From Mustelus asterias (taxonomy: Eukaryota): a stretch of 64,000 nt of DNA. The notes under the pieces are model-generated. The model saw only the letters and a program-made list of their open reading frames with translations. It did no database searches and was not told the DNA's origin. Both the position numbers and the translations under genes were made by a program. Positions 35,601-49,827 of the stretch are shown one piece after another (position 1 is the stretch's first letter; every line of letters starts with the position of its first letter). The stretch covers positions 372,001 through 436,000 of the forward strand of contig NW_027590217.1 in NCBI RefSeq assembly GCF_964213995.1, read 5' to 3'.

Positions 35601-37211
35601 CGAGTGGCCTAATTCTGCTCCTATGTCTTATGGTCTAAACTTTCCCCTTGTGTCTGACAGGATTGGTCAGTTAGCGCTGCTGCCTCACAGCGCCAGGGAC
35701 CCTGGTTCGATTCCTGGCTTGGATCACTGTCTGTGTGGGGTTTGCACGTTCACCCCGTGTCCGCATGGGTTTCCTCCGGGTGCCCTGGTTTCCTCTCTCA
35801 GTCTGAAAGACGTGCTGGTTAGGGTGCATTGGCTGTGCTAAATTCTCCCTCAGTGTACCCGAGCCGGTGCCAGAGTGTGGCGACTGGGGGATTTTCACAG
35901 TAACTTCACTGCAGTGTTAATGTAAGCCGACTTGTGCCACTAATTAATAAACTTTTAAATCTTTTTTTTGAATATTTATTTCAATTAGCTTTGTGATTGG
36001 TGTAAATGACATCCTCTGTGACTGTGACCATGGTGCACTGTCCCTCCTCATCCTGTTGAACCTGTCTGCAGCCTTTCACACCACTGACCACATCATCATC
36101 ATCCTCCAATGTCTCTTCTTCATTGTCCAGCAGAGTGGGACTGCCCTCGCCTGGTTTCACTCTTACCTGTCCAGTCATAGCCAGAGAATCACCTCCATTG
36201 CCTTCCCTTCCTGCCTCGACACCATTCCCTCTGGAGCCTCTCCTTGGTCTCCCTCCGATTGACAATTATCTTAAATCTGTGCTCTCTGGAGTCAGGATAA
36301 ATGGCTCTTTATCTGGCTGGGAAGACGTAACTAACGGAGTGCCACAGAGCTTGGTCCTCAGGCCCCAACTCCTTACAATCTATATTAATGACTTGGATGC
36401 AGGGATGGTCGGTACCACAGGCAAATTTTCAGATGACACTAAAATAGGTGGGAGATTCCAAGTTGCGATAATGAAATAAGAAGTTTGCAAATGAATATGG
36501 ACAGGTGAAGTGAATGGGGCAAAATTTGGCAGATGGAGTTTAACGTGGATAAGTGTGAGGTTATCCATTTTGGTCGGAAAAATACAAAGGCCAGTTGTTA
36601 TCTAGTTGGAGAGAAGCTGCGTAGTATCTCGATGCAGAGGGATCTGGGTGTCCTCGTGCATGGATCGCAGAAAAGTAGTTTGCAGGTACAGCAGGTAATG
36701 AGGAATTCAAATGGAATTGCATTTATTGCGAAAGGAATAGAGTATAAAAGTAGTGAAGTGTTGCTGCTACTGTACGAAGCATTAGTGAGACCGCACTGAG
36801 AATATTGTGTACAGTTTGGGTCCCCTTACTTGAGGAGGAATGTAGTTACATTGGAGGCAGTTCAGAGGAGGTTCACGAGATTGATTCCAGGGATGAGGAG
36901 TTTGTCTTGTGTCGAGACATTGGGCAGTTTAGAAGAATGAGAGGAGATCTCATTGATGTGTACAAGATGATCAGGGGGATTGACAAAGTAGATGTGGAGA
37001 GGATGCTTCCTCTTGTAGGGCAATCTTGGACAGGAGGTCATAGCTTTAGGATAAAGGGTAGCAAATTTGAAACAGAGATGAAGTTAAATTATTTCTCTCA
37101 AAGAATCGGGAGTCTGTGGAATTCACTATCCCAGAGCGTGGTGGGTGCCGGGACATTGAGTAAATTTAAGGAAGAGGTGGGCTGATTTTTACTGAGCAAT
37201 GGGTTGAAGAG

Positions 37212-37700
37212 AACGATGTGGAGATGCCGGCGTTGGAATGGGGTAAGCACAGTAAGAAGTCTCACAACACCAGGTTAAAGTCCAACAGGTTTATTTGGTA
37301 GCAAATACCATAAGCTTTCGGAGCGCTGCTCCTTCGTCAGATGGAGTGGATATCTGTTCTCCAACAGTGCACAGACACAGAAATCAAGTTACAGAATACT
37401 AATTAGAATGCAAATCTCTACAGCCAGCCAGGTCTTAAAGGTACAGATAATGTGGGTGGAGGGAGCATTCAACACAGGTTAAAGAGATGTGTATTGTCTC
37501 CAGACAGAACCGCTAGTGAGATTCTACAAGCCCAGGAGGCAAGCTGTGGGGGTTACTGATAATGTGACATAAATCCAACATCCCGGTTTAGGCCGTCCTC
37601 ATGTGTGCGGAACTTGGCTATCAGTTTCTGCTCAGCGACTCTGCGCTGTCGTGTGTCGTGAAGGCCGCCTTGGAGAATGCTTACCTGAAGATCCAAGGCT
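37212..37700 (-). mobile_element. Penelope-like retroelement 3' fragment (GIY-YIG end + pLTR)
   Basis: LQVSILQGG...RQRRVAEQKLIAKFRTHEDGLNRD, a typical PLE endonuclease C-terminus, followed by a hammerhead-bearing repeat. Confidence 0.85.
37308..37344 (-). ncRNA. Minimal type I hammerhead ribozyme motif
   Basis: CCATCTGACGAAGGAGCAGCGCTCCGAAAGCTTATGG, with a perfect GGAGC/GCTCC stem II. Confidence 0.72.
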
Positions 37701-38676
37701 GCAGTCACGGGCATTTCCCATCGGGAAATTCTATATTTCAATTATATATATTATATATTCAATTCTATATTCCCATCTTCCACTTGAAGCTCTCGACCAT
37801 TTCTACTTCATCCCGTTGATGTAGACAGGGACATACCCTCCACAACTCTTCCTGAATCAATGACTATGTCCTTCGTTTTGTTGACATTGAGGGAGAGATT
37901 ATTGTTGCTGCACCAGTTCACCAGATTCTCTATCTCTTTCCTGTACTCTGTCTCATCATTGTTTGAGAGCCAACCGAAGGCAATCGGAAGGCAAACGCAA
38001 TGTTAGCATTCATGTCGAGAGGGCTAGAATACAAGAGCAGGGATGGACTTCTGAGGCTGTAAAAGGCTCTGGTCAGACCCCATTTGGAGTATTGTGAGCA
38101 GTTTTGGGCCCCATATCTAAGGAAGGATGTGCTGGCCTTGGAAAGGGTCCAGAGGAGGTTCACGACAATGATCCTGGAATGAAGAGCTTGACATATGAGG
38201 AACGGTTGAGGACTCTGGGTCTGTACTCGTTGGAGTTTAGAAGGATGAGGGGGGGGGATCTTATTGAAACTTACAGGATACTGCGAGGCCTGGGTAGACT
38301 GGACGTGGAGAGGATGTTTCCACTGGTAGGAAAAACTAGAACCAGAGGGCACAACCTCAGGCTGAAGGGACGATCCTTTAAAACAGAGATGAGGAGGAAT
38401 TTCTTCAGCCAGAGAGCGAAACTCTTTGCCGCAGAAGGCTGTGGAGGCCAGGTCATTGAGTGTCTTTAAGACAGAGATAGATAGGTTCTTGATTAATAAA
38501 GGGACCAGGGGTTATGGGGAAAAGGATGAGAAAAATATCAGCCATGATTGATTGGTGGAGCAGACTCGATGGACCGAGTGGCCTAATTCTGCTCCTATGT
38601 CTTATGGCCTTATTGACGCACTACGATGGTGTCATCAGCAAACTTGAAAATGGAGTTGGAGGTGAATTTGGGCACT

Positions 38677-39040
38677 CAGTCCTGGGTGTATAAGGAGGAG
38701 AGTAAGGGCTCATTACATTGTAGCTCAGTGAGGTTAGCCAGGAGTTTTCCAACGTGGTTTTCGATTCCCATGAATCCCGGGTGCTCAGTCACATTGTGAG
38801 GAGCTGGAAACTCCTTGATTGTTCTTGTCTTCTGTGGATCAGATCCGACACCGCGTGTATCCACCGTCTGCCCAAGGAACCTGACTGTCGGCTGTAGGAA
38901 TTCCCGTTTTCTGTTGAGTGTAAGTCCTGCTTCCTTTAGGCATTGGAGCACAGCTTGCATTCTCGTGTCACGTTCTGTCTGACTGGATGCATGGATCAGA
39001 ATATCATCCATGTGACACGCTGCTCCGTCCAGTCCTTCTC
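38677..39040 (-). mobile_element. Ty3/Gypsy-like RT relic
   Basis: MDDILIHA...LKEAGLTLN...VRFLG...DPQK...FPAP. Confidence 0.75.
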
Positions 39041-40359
39041 TGATATTTCACATTGTTCTCTGAGTGTCCGAGGCTGCCGGGTTTTAGACAACAGTCCTGT
39101 AGAAACAGTTTCTTTATGTCGATCCGATCAAATCATTCCATAATCCTGAGGACCTCGATCAGGTCACCTCTCAGTCTTTCATTTTCTGAAGAAAAGAGCC
39201 TTAGCCTGTCCAATCATTCCTCATGGGTGTAACCTCTCAGTTCTGGTGTCAATCTGGTTAACCTTCCAGAAACTTTCTCCAGTACCTCTATATCTGTATT
39301 AGAATATGGAGATCAGAACTGTTCCCAGTAACCCCGAGTGTCTGCTGGAACCCAGGTTTCATACTCTTCAATTCTATCCCTCAAGAAATTAATTCTTTAG
39401 GGAAGGAAATCTGCCGTTCTTTTTTTTGTTCATTTGTGGGACACGGGCATTGCTGGCTGGCCTGCATTTATTGTCCTTCCCAAGTTGCTCTTGAACTGAG
39501 TAGCTTGCTAAGGCCATTCCAGAGGGCAGTTAAGAATCAGTCACATTGCTGTGGCTCTGGAGTCACATACAGGCCAGACCAGGTAACAGGCAATTTAACC
39601 CCTTGCAAGGTAACTATTATTGCTGGACGATTGTTTGTTCTTTGTACTCTGGACTCCTACCGCGACCACAGCAACAATGGTAAAAGCCTTAAACCGTATT
39701 TATCCCAAACATGGTATTCCTGACATTTAACTATCCAGAGGCTTGGAATACAAAAGCAGGGATGTACTTCTGAGGCTTTATAAAGCACTGGTTAGGCCCC
39801 ATTTGGAGTACTGTGAGCAATTTTGGGCCCCACACCTCAGGAAGGACATACTGGCACTGGAGCGGGTCCAGCGGAGATTCACACGGATGATCCCAGGAAT
39901 GGTAGGCCTGACATACGATGAACGTCTGAGGATCGTGGGATTATATTCATTGGAGTTTAGGAGGTTGAGGGGAGATCTGATAGAAACTTACAAGATAATG
40001 AACGGCTTAGATAGGATGGACGTAGGGAAGTTGTTTCCATTAACAGGGGAGACTAGGACGCGGGGGCACAGCCTTAGAATAAAAGGGAGTCACTTTAGAA
40101 CAGAGATGAGGAGAAATTTCTTCAGCCAGAGAGTGGTGGGTCTGTGGAATTCATTGCCACAGAGGGCTGTGGAGGCCGAGACGTTGAGCGTCTTCAAGAC
40201 AGAAATTGATAAATTCTTGATTTCTCGAGGAATTAAGGGCTATGGGGAGAGAGCGGGTAAATGGAGTTGAAATCAACCATGATTGAATGGTGGAGTGGAC
40301 TCGATGGGCCGAATGGCCTTACTTCCGCTCCTATGTCTTATGGTCTTATGGTCTAGTTT

Positions 40360-40580
40360 GTAAATAAACACTTCAGACAATTTACTGAAGAATACAGATT
40401 TAGCCATGTGAGAAATTCGCCACACCATCTGCAAGCCAACAGAAAAGTGGAGAGGCGCATAAAGACTATCAAGATGCTTATGAAAAAGAACGATCTAGAT
40501 TTGACCTTCCTTAATTTGACAACATTAAGAATGGACTTTCACCAGCAGAACTACCAATGGGAAGAAAGCGAAAGACTCCA
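40360..40580 (+). mobile_element. Ty3/Gypsy-like integrase relic
   Basis: F...YRFSH...SPHHLQANRKVERRIKTIK, a degenerate SPxxPQxNGxxER motif. Confidence 0.6.
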
Positions 40581-40595
40581 CTTAAAAAAAAAAAG

Positions 40596-43500
40596 GTCTA
40601 TAAGTGTGGTGGCTGGGGACGGGCTTGGGGCTGGGACAAGGCTGGCAAAGAAGAAGAGCACTCTGGGGGAGGACGACCTCACTGAGCCTGGGGGTCTGCA
40701 GTGCTTATACTTCAATGCAAGGAGCGTAGCAGGTAAGACAGACGAACTTGGGGCCTTAATGCGCACGAGGAATTTGGATGTGGTTGCGGTGACAGAGACT
40801 TGGTTGAAAGAGGGACAGGACTGGCAGCTGAATATTCCAGGGTACAATTGTTTTAGGCGAGGCAGAGGAGGGGCCAAAAGAGGTGGGGGAGTAGCGGTAT
40901 TAGTTGGAGAGCATATTACAGCGGTGCAGAGGGAGGACAATTCAGAGGAGTCGTGTAACGAGTCACTCTGGGTGGAGCTTAGAAACAGGAAAGGCGCAGT
41001 CACTATGTTGGGGGTGTACTACAGGCCCCCCAACAGCCCAAGGGAAGTGGAAGAATGGATATGTCAGGAGATACTGGATAGGTGCAGGAAATATAGGGTT
41101 GTTGTAGTGGGAGACTTCAATTTCCCTGGTATAGACTGGAAATCACTGAGGGCAGGGACTCTGGATGGGGAGGAATTTGTAAAATGTGTACAGGAGGGTT
41201 CGTTGGAACAATATGTGGACAGCCCGACTAGAGAGGGGGCTATACTGGACCTGGTACTGGGGAATGAGCCCGGTCAGGTCTTCAAAGTTTTGGTTGGGGA
41301 ACATGTGGCAAATAGTGACCACAATTCTGTTAGCTTTAGGATAGTGATGGAAAAGGATGAGTGGTGTCCCAAGGGTAAGGTGTTGGATTGGGGGAAGGCT
41401 AACTTTATTGGGATCAGGCAGAAATTGGCAGCTCTTGATTGGGAGAGGCTGTTTGAGGGTAAATCCACATCTGGTATGTGGCAGCCTTTTAAGGAACGGT
41501 TGTTAGGGCTACAGGACAAGCATGTGCCTGTAAAAAAGAAGGATAGGAAGGGTAGGATTAGAGAACCGTGGATAACCAGGGAAATTGAGGGACTGGTCAA
41601 AAAGAAAAGAGAGACGTATGATAGGTCCAAGCAGCTAAAAACGGAGGGAGCTCTGGAGGAGTACAATGAAAGTAGGAAAGTACTCAAACGGGGAATTAGA
41701 AAAGCAAAAAGGGGTCACAAAATGTTCTTGGCAGACAGGATTAAGGAGAATCCCAAGGCATTTTATTCATACGTTAGGAACAAAAGGGTTGTTAGGGAAA
41801 AAATCGGACCTCTCAGGGACAAAAGTGGGGACTTATGCTTGGAGCCCAAAGAAGTAGGGGAGATCCTAAATGAATACTTTGCGTCGGTATTCACAAAGGA
41901 GAGGGATGTGTTGACTGGGAGTGTCTCGGAGGGGAGTGTTGAACCGTTGGAGAAAATCTCCATTACAAAGGAGGAAGTGTTAGGTTTGTTAGAGAATATA
42001 AAGACTGACAAATCCCCAGGGCCTGATGGAATCTATCCAAGGCTGCTCAGGGAGACGAGAGGTGAAATCGTTGGGCCTCTGACGCAAATCTTTGTCTCGT
42101 CACTGGACACAGGTGAGGTCCCAGAGGATTGGAGGATAGCCAATGTGGTCCCGTTATTTAAGAAGGGTAGGAAGGATAACCCGGGTAATTATAGGCCGGT
42201 GAGCTTGACGTCCGTGGTGGGGAAGTTGTTGGAGAAGATTCTTAGAGATAGGATGTATGCGCATTTAGAAAGGAATAAACTCATTAACGATAGTCAGCAT
42301 GGTTTTGTGAGAGGGAGGTCATGCCTCACTAACCTGGTGGTGTTTTTTGAAGAAGTGACCAAAATGGTTGACGAAGGAAGGGCCGTGGATGTTGTCTATA
42401 TGGAGTTTAGTAAAGCATTTGACAAAGTCCCTCATGGTAGGCTGGTGAAAAAGGTTGGATCCCATGGGATAAAGGGGGAGGTGGCTAGATGGGTGGAGAA
42501 CTGGCTTGGTCATAGAAGACAGAGGGTGGTAGTGGAAGGGTCTTTTTCCGGCTGGAGGCCTGTGACTAGTGGTGTACCGCAGGGCTCTGTATTGGGACCT
42601 CTGCTGTTTGTGATTTATATAAATGATCTGGAAGAAGGAGTAACTGGGGTGATCAGTAAGTTTGCGGACGACACAAAACTGGCAGGACTTGCAGATTGTG
42701 AGGAACATTGTCAGAGGCTACAGAAGGATATAGATAGGCTGGAAATTTGGGCAAGGAAATGGCAGATGGAGTTCAATCCTGATAAATGCGAAGTGATGCA
42801 TTTTGGTGGGAATAATGTAGGGAGGAGCTACACGATAAATGGAAGAACCATAAAGGGTGTAGAGACGCAGAGGGACCTGGGTGTGCAAGTCCACAGATCT
42901 TTGAAGGTGACGTCACAGGTGGAGAAGGTGGTGAAGAAGGCATATGGCATGCTTGCCTTTATAGGACGGGGCATAGAGTATAAGAGTTGGGGTCTGATGT
43001 TGCAGATGTATAGAACGTTGGTTCGGCCGCATTTGGAATACTGCGTCCAGTTCTGGTCGCCACACTACCAGAAGGACGTGGAGGCTTTGGAGAGAGTACA
43101 GAGGAGGTTTACCAGGATGTTGCCTGGTATGGAGGGGCTTGGTTATGAGGAGAGATTGGGGAAACTGGGGTTGTTCTCCTTGGAAAGACGGAGGATGAGG
43201 GGAGACTTAATAGAGGTGTATAAAATTATGAAAGGCATAGATAGGGTGAACGGTGGGAAGCTTTTCCCCGGGTCGGTGGTGACGTTCACGAGGGGTCATA
43301 GGTTCAAGGTGAAGGGGGGGAGGTTTAACACAGATATCAGAAGGACATATTTTACACAGAGGGTCGTGGGGGCCTGGAATGTGTTGCCGGGCAAGTTGGT
43401 GGAGGCGGACACACTGGGAACGTTTAAGACTTATCTAGACAGCTATATGAACGGAGTGGGAATGGAGGGACACAAAAGAGTGGTCTAGTTTGGACCAGGG

Positions 43501-44018
43501 AGCGGCGCGGGCTAATTGTTCCTTGTTTCTCGTTTCAAGGCTTCATTCTATGATCTGCCAGTACAGAGCGAGACTGCGGATAGTTGGGAACCTGTCTCGG
43601 GGGCAGGGAATTCATATGGTGTTCGTGGAAGTGGAAATGACTAGGGTTGGGAAGCATTTTCCGATCAGGGCCGGTGTGATCTCCTGGACTCGTTTCGATC
43701 GCCTCAGGGGGTCGGAGAGGAATTTCCCAGATTTTTTTTTCCCCATATTGGCCCTGGGGTTTTCACTCTGGGTTTTCGCCTCTCCCTGGAGATCACATGG
43801 TCTGGAATGGGGGGGTGGGGGTGAGTTAATAGGTTGTGATGAACAAAGCATCGTAGCTGTGAGGGACAGCTCGGTGGATAGGATATTGGTATGTAGATAG
43901 GCTGGAAAATTGGGCGGGGATCCTGGATTCAGGATTCAATCCTGGACCAGGGAGCGGCGCGGGCTTGGAGGGCCGAAGGGCCTGTTCCTGTGCTGTATTG
44001 TTCTTTGTTCTTTGTTCT
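40596..44018 (+). mobile_element. CR1 LINE with uninterrupted ORF2 (APE + RT)
   Basis: [38 protein letters not shown] and FADD all in one frame ending at 43488; TTCTTTG tail. Confidence 0.97.
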
Positions 44019-44852
44019 TGATTAATTCAGAAACTCAGTTAATATTCTGGGGACCCAGGTTCGAATCCCACCACGGCAGATGGTGGAATTTGAATTCAAT
44101 AAAAGATAGCTGAAATTAAGAATCTACTGATTTCCTTCCCGAAAGGACATTCGTGAACCAGATGGGTTTTTCTGACAATCAGTTCATGATCACCAGTGGA
44201 TTCTTAACACCAAATATTTTGTATTGAATTCAAATTCTACCATGGCGGGACTCGAACCCAGGTCCCCAGAACATTAGCTGAGTTTCTGGATTAATAGTCC
44301 AGCAATAATACCATTAATCCATCACCTCTTACCTGTTCTCACCTACATGTGACTCCAGACACTCAGAAACGTGCTGAATTCTTACCCGCCCTCTGCGTCT
44401 CTCAGTTCGAGGGCAATTTAACCCCTTGCCAGTGACACGGACATCCCGTTGAAGAATTTAAAAAGCTGCTTGCCACATTGGATCATTTGTGTGTCTGCTC
44501 CCAGATCCTTCTATCTTCTATCCTATTCCAATGCTTATTTCCCAATGCTAATGTGTCTCGTGTATTCATTCTCCCAAATGTCCCACCTGACACTTCCAGA
44601 GTCAGAGGGTAGAATTTGACCATTTCCCCGCCGGGGGGGGTTTGTCGGTGGAAGGGATTGGAGTGACTGGAAAACATCCCAGATAGATTTCCCATCGGGG
44701 CCCCCACCCGCCCCGACCAATGGGTCATTTTATGTTTGGATGGTTGAGACCTGGTCAGTCCTGTCCACCCTCACCCCAACTTAAACCCTTCAGTGGCTAA
44801 TTATTCAGCACTTAAAGGCCGTTTCCCATCCAGCCTTAATTTTGAGGCTGGC

Positions 44853-47800
44853 AATAGAACCATAGAAAATTACAGCTCAGAAACAGGCCTTTTGGCCCTT
44901 CTTATCTGTGCCGGACCATTTTTTGCCTAGTCCCACTGACCTGCACTTGGACCATATCCCTCCACACCCCTCTCATCCATGAACCCGTCCAAGTTTTTCT
45001 TAAATGTTAATTTATCCGGCAGCTCATTCCACACTCCCACCACTCTCTGCGTGAAGAAGCCCCCCCTAATATTCCCTTTAAACTTTTCTCCTTTCACCCT
45101 TAACCCATGCCCTCTGGTTTTTTTCTCCCCTAGCCTCAGCGGTAAAAGCCTGCTTGCATTCACTCTATCTATACCCATCAAAATCTTATACACCTCTATC
45201 AAATCTCCCCTCAATCTTCTACGCTCCAGGGAATAAAGTCCCAACCTATTCAATCTCTCTCTGTAACTCAGCTTCTCAAGTCCCGGCAACATCCTTGTGA
45301 ACCTTCTCTGCACTCTTTCAACCTTATTTACCTCCTTCCTGTAACTAGGTGACCAAAACTGTACACAATACTCCAAATTCGGCCTCACCAATGCCTTATA
45401 TAACCTTACCATAACACTCCAACTTTTATACTCGATACTCCGATTTATAAAGGCCAATGTACCAAAGGCACTCTTTACGACCCTATCCACCTGTGACGTC
45501 ACTTTTAGGGAATTCTGTACCTGTATTCCCAGATCCCTCTGTTCAACTGCACTCTTCAGAGTCCTACCATTTACCCTGTACGTTCTACTTTGATTTGTCC
45601 TTCCAAAGTGCAATATCTCACACTTGTCTGCGTTAAATTCCATTTGCCATTTTTCAGCCCATTTTTCTAGTTGGTCCAAATCCCTCTGCAAGCTTTAAAA
45701 ACCTTCCTCACTGTCCACTACACCTCCAATCTTTGTATCATCAGCAAACTTGCTGATCCAATTTACCACATTATCATCCAGATCATTGATATAGATGACA
45801 AACAACAATGGACCCAACACCGATCCCTGCGGCACACCACTAGTCACAGGCCTCCACTCAGAAGCAATCCTCCACAACCACTCTCTGGCTTCTTCCATTG
45901 AGCCAGAGTCTAATCCAATTTACTACCTCCCCATGTATACCTAGCGACTGAACCTTCCCAACTAACCTCCCATGAGGGACCTTGTCAAAGGCCTTGCTGA
46001 AATCCAGGTAGACAACATCCACCGCCTTCCCTTCATCCACATTCCTGGTAACCTCCTCGAAAAACCCTAATAGATTGGTCAAACATGACCTACCACGCAC
46101 AAAGCCATGTTGACTCTCCCTAATAAGTCCCTGTCTATCCAAATATTTGTAGATCCGATCCCTTATCACACCTTCCAATAACTTGCCCACCACCGACGTC
46201 AAACTTACTGGCCTATAATTTCCCGGATTTCTTTTGGAACCTTTTTTAAACAACGGAACAACATGAGCCACCCCCCAATCATCCGGCACCTCCCCCGTGA
46301 ATACTGACATTTTAAATATGTCTGCCAGGGCCCCTGCAAGTTCAACACTAGCTTCCCTCAAGGTCCGTGGGAATACCCTGTCTGGTCCTGGGGATTTATC
46401 CACTCTGATTTGCCTCAAGACAGCGAGCACCTCCTCCCCTTTAATCTGTAAAGGTTCCATGACCTCCCTACCTGTTTGCCCTATTTCCGTAGACTCCATG
46501 CCCGTTTCCTCAGTAAATACGGATGCAAAAAAACCATTTAGTATCTCCCCCATCTCTTTTGGTTCCATACACAGTCTACCACTCTGGTCTTCAAGAGGAC
46601 CAATTTTATACCTCACTATCCTTTTGCTCCTAACATACCTATAGAAGCTCTTTGGATTTTCCTTCACTCTGTCTGCCAAAGCAACCTCATGTCTTCTTTT
46701 AGCCCTCCTGATTTCCCTCTTAAGTAGCTTCTTGCACTTTTTATACTCCTCGAGCATCTGATGTGTTCCTTGCTGCCTGTACATTTCATACAACTCTCTC
46801 TTCCTCTTAATCAGTGTTACAATCTCCCTCGAGAACAAAGAACAAAGAAAATTACATCGAACATAGAAAAGCTACAGCACAAACAGGCCCTTCAGCCCAC
46901 AAGTTGTGCTGAACATGTCCCTAGCAAAGAGTGGGCGTAAATGGGTGTTTTTCTGGTTTGCGATCAGTGACTAGTGGTGTGCCTCAGGGATCAGTGTTGG
47001 GACCGCAATTGTTTATGATTTACATAGATGATTTGGAGTTGGGGGCCAAGTGTAGTGTGTCAAAATTCGCAGATGACACGAAGATGAGTGGCAGAGCAAA
47101 GTGTGCAGAGGACGCTGAGGGTCTGCAAAGGGATGTAGATAGTCTAAGTGAGTAGGCGAGAGTCTGGCAGATGGAGTAAAATGTTGGTCATCCATTTTGG
47201 TAGGAATAACAGCAAAATGGACGATTATTTAAATGGTAAAAAATTGCAGCATGCTGCTGTGCAAAGGGACCTGGGTGTCCTTGTGCAGGAATCACAAGGA
47301 GTTGGTTTGCAGGTGCAGCAGGGAATGAAGAAGGCAAATGGAATTTTGTTCTTCACTGCTCGAGGGATGGAGTTTAAAAACAGCAAGGTTATGTTGCAGC
47401 TGTATAAGGTTCTGGTGAGGCCACACCGGGAGTACTGTGTACAGTTTTGGTCTCCTTACTTGAGAAAGGATATACTGGCACTGGAGGGGGTGCAGAGGAG
47501 ATTCACTAGGTTGATTCCGGAGTTGAGAGGATTGGTTTATGAGGAGAGACTGAGTAGACTGGGGCTATACTCATTGGAATTCAGAAGAATGAGGGTAGAT
47601 CTTAGAGAAACATATAAGATTATGAAGGGAATAGATAAGATAGAAGCAGGGAAGTTGTTTCCACGGGCGGGTGAAACTAGAACTAGGGAGCATAGCCTCA
47701 AAATAAGGGGGAGCAGATTTAGGACTGAGTTGAGGAGGAACCTCTTCACACAAAGGGTTGTGAATCTGTGGAATTCCCTGCCCAGTGAAGCAGTTGAGGC

Positions 47801-48862
47801 TACCTCATTGAATGTTTTTAAGGCAAGGGTAGATACATTTTTGAACAGTAAAGGAGTTAAGGGTTATGGTGAGTGGGCGGGTAAGTGGAGCTGAGTTCAC
47901 AAAAAGATCAGCCATGATCTTATTGAATGGCGGAGCAGGCTCCAGGGGCCAGATGGCCTATTCCTGCTCCTAGTTCTTATGTTCTAAACAAAGGAACAAC
48001 ATTGGCTATTCTCCAATCCTCTGGGATCTCCCCTGTAAGGAGTCTAACAACACATCATGACCTCCCCTGTCGCCAGTGAGAATACAAAGATTTCTCTCAA
48101 GGCCCCAGCAATTTCCTCCCTTGCCTCTCTCAGTATTCTGGGGTATATCCCATCAGGCCCTGGGGACTTGTCTACCTTAATATTTCTCAAGCACCCCAAT
48201 ACCTCCTCCTTTTTGATCTCAACATGACTCAAACTATCTACACATCCTTTCCCAGACTCATCATCCACCAAGTCCTTCTCTTGGGTGAATACTGACAAAA
48301 GTACTCATTTAATACCTCACCCATTTCCTCTGGCTTCACACATAGATTCCCTCCCTTGTCCTTGAGTGGGCCAACCCTCTCCCTGCCGACCCTCTTGCTC
48401 TTTATATGTGTATAAAAAGCCTTGGGATTTTCCTTAATCCTGCTAGCCAATGCTTTTTCATGACCCTTCTTCACCCTTCTTTCTCCTTGCTTAAGTTTCT
48501 TTCTACTTTCCTTGTATTCCACACTTGCTTCGTGTGTTCCCAGCCTCCTAGCTTTGACAAATGCTTCATTTTTCTCTTTGACTAGGCTCACAATATCTCT
48601 CGTTATCCAAGGTTCCCAAAACTTGCCATACTTATCCTTCATCCTTACAGGAATGTGCCGGTACTGAATCCCTATCAACTTACACTTGAAAGCCTCCCAC
48701 ATGCCAGATGTTGATTTGCCCTCAAACAATTGCCCCCAATCTACATTCTTCAATTCCTGCCTAATATTGTTGTAATTAGCCTTCCCCCAATTTAGCACCT
48801 TAACTTGAGTTCTACACTTATCTTTATCCATCAGTACCTTAAAGCTTACGGAACTGTGGTCT
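44853..48862. mobile_element. CR1 elements (44853-46838-, 46928-47985+, 47990-48862-)
   Basis: Frameshifted ORF2 pieces in the ORF track. Confidence 0.9.
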
Positions 48863-49014
48863 TACGGAAAAGAGGCGTTCAGGAACAGGGGAAAGCTGTT
48901 TTCAGGCCTGAGGCAGGAAATGGGGAAGAGGAACCACCACCAGCAGCCTCCATTTAACATTGGGCACCACCCCCCCCCCCCCCCCGCCCCCTCCACCCCG
49001 GCCTCCAACCAGCT

Positions 49015-49245
49015 CCTGGGAGGGCAGTGTAGAGGGAGCTTTACTCTGTATCTAACCCCATGCTGTACCTGTACTGGGAGTGTTTGATGGGGACAGTGTA
49101 GAGGGAGCTTTACTCTGTATCTAACCCCATGCTGTATCTGTCCTGGGAGTTTTTGATGGGGGACAGTGTGGAGGGAGCTTTACTCTGTATCTGACCCCAT
49201 GCTGTACCTGTCCTGGGAGTGTTTGATGGGGTCAGTGTGGAGGGA
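49015..49245. repeat. 69-bp tandem repeat, about 3.3 copies
   Basis: Unit CAGTGTAGAGGGAGCTTTACTCTGTATCTAACCCCATGCTGTACCTGTCCTGGGAGTGTTTGATGGGGA. Confidence 0.9.
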
Positions 49246-49827
49246 TTGCAGAAAACTTAAACTGTTTGCCTGAAGTGAAATTGAAATTTGGGAGATTGCG
49301 GTATTTGAATTAAGTTTGAATTATCGCTTCTTAAATCTCTAAAGGAGCCGTTCTCATTTACTCGAAGCACAGCGACTATTTGTCTAACACTTGACAGATG
49401 TCCGAAACTCAGCGATATCATCAAGACAAGTTCCTTCTCTTTCCACATCCCCTCAGAGAGCAGAGTCAGATTTAATCTGAGCAGGGGGACGTCCCAGAGG
49501 GACTTTGTTACTAAAAAGAATAAGCACCCTGCTTCAAATATGGAAATACCATTCTGATATTGTACTTTGCACCAATAAACAGGTTTATATTGACCCAAAG
49601 GTGACAGACTGGCAGAACTGAAACTCATGGTCAAAAGATGGACAACATCAAGACTTTATCTTCACCTCTGAACTACCTCAAGATGCCACGGACATTCAGA
49701 TTCTTCCACTGAACATGTTCTGAGGAAGTTATGGATAAGAAGTTGGGTTATTGAGTGGGGAATTTTATAATCTCAAATTAAAGTTGTCCGGACAACTTTT
49801 CAGAAGCAGAGTGTGGGAAATCTACAG

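Larger units (their letters stand above)
33240..40354. mobile_element. Field of CR1 fragments (33240-33890-, 35228-35635+, 36290-37210+, 37975-38612+, 39735-40354+)
   Basis: ORF2 RT and C-terminal motifs in the listed ORFs. Confidence 0.85.

Noticed and set aside
40408-43488. 1026-aa ORF as a novel integrase-APE-RT fusion protein
   Set aside because: The N-terminal part is a decayed Gypsy integrase relic that is accidentally in frame with an inserted CR1 ORF2; the start codon is non-ATG.
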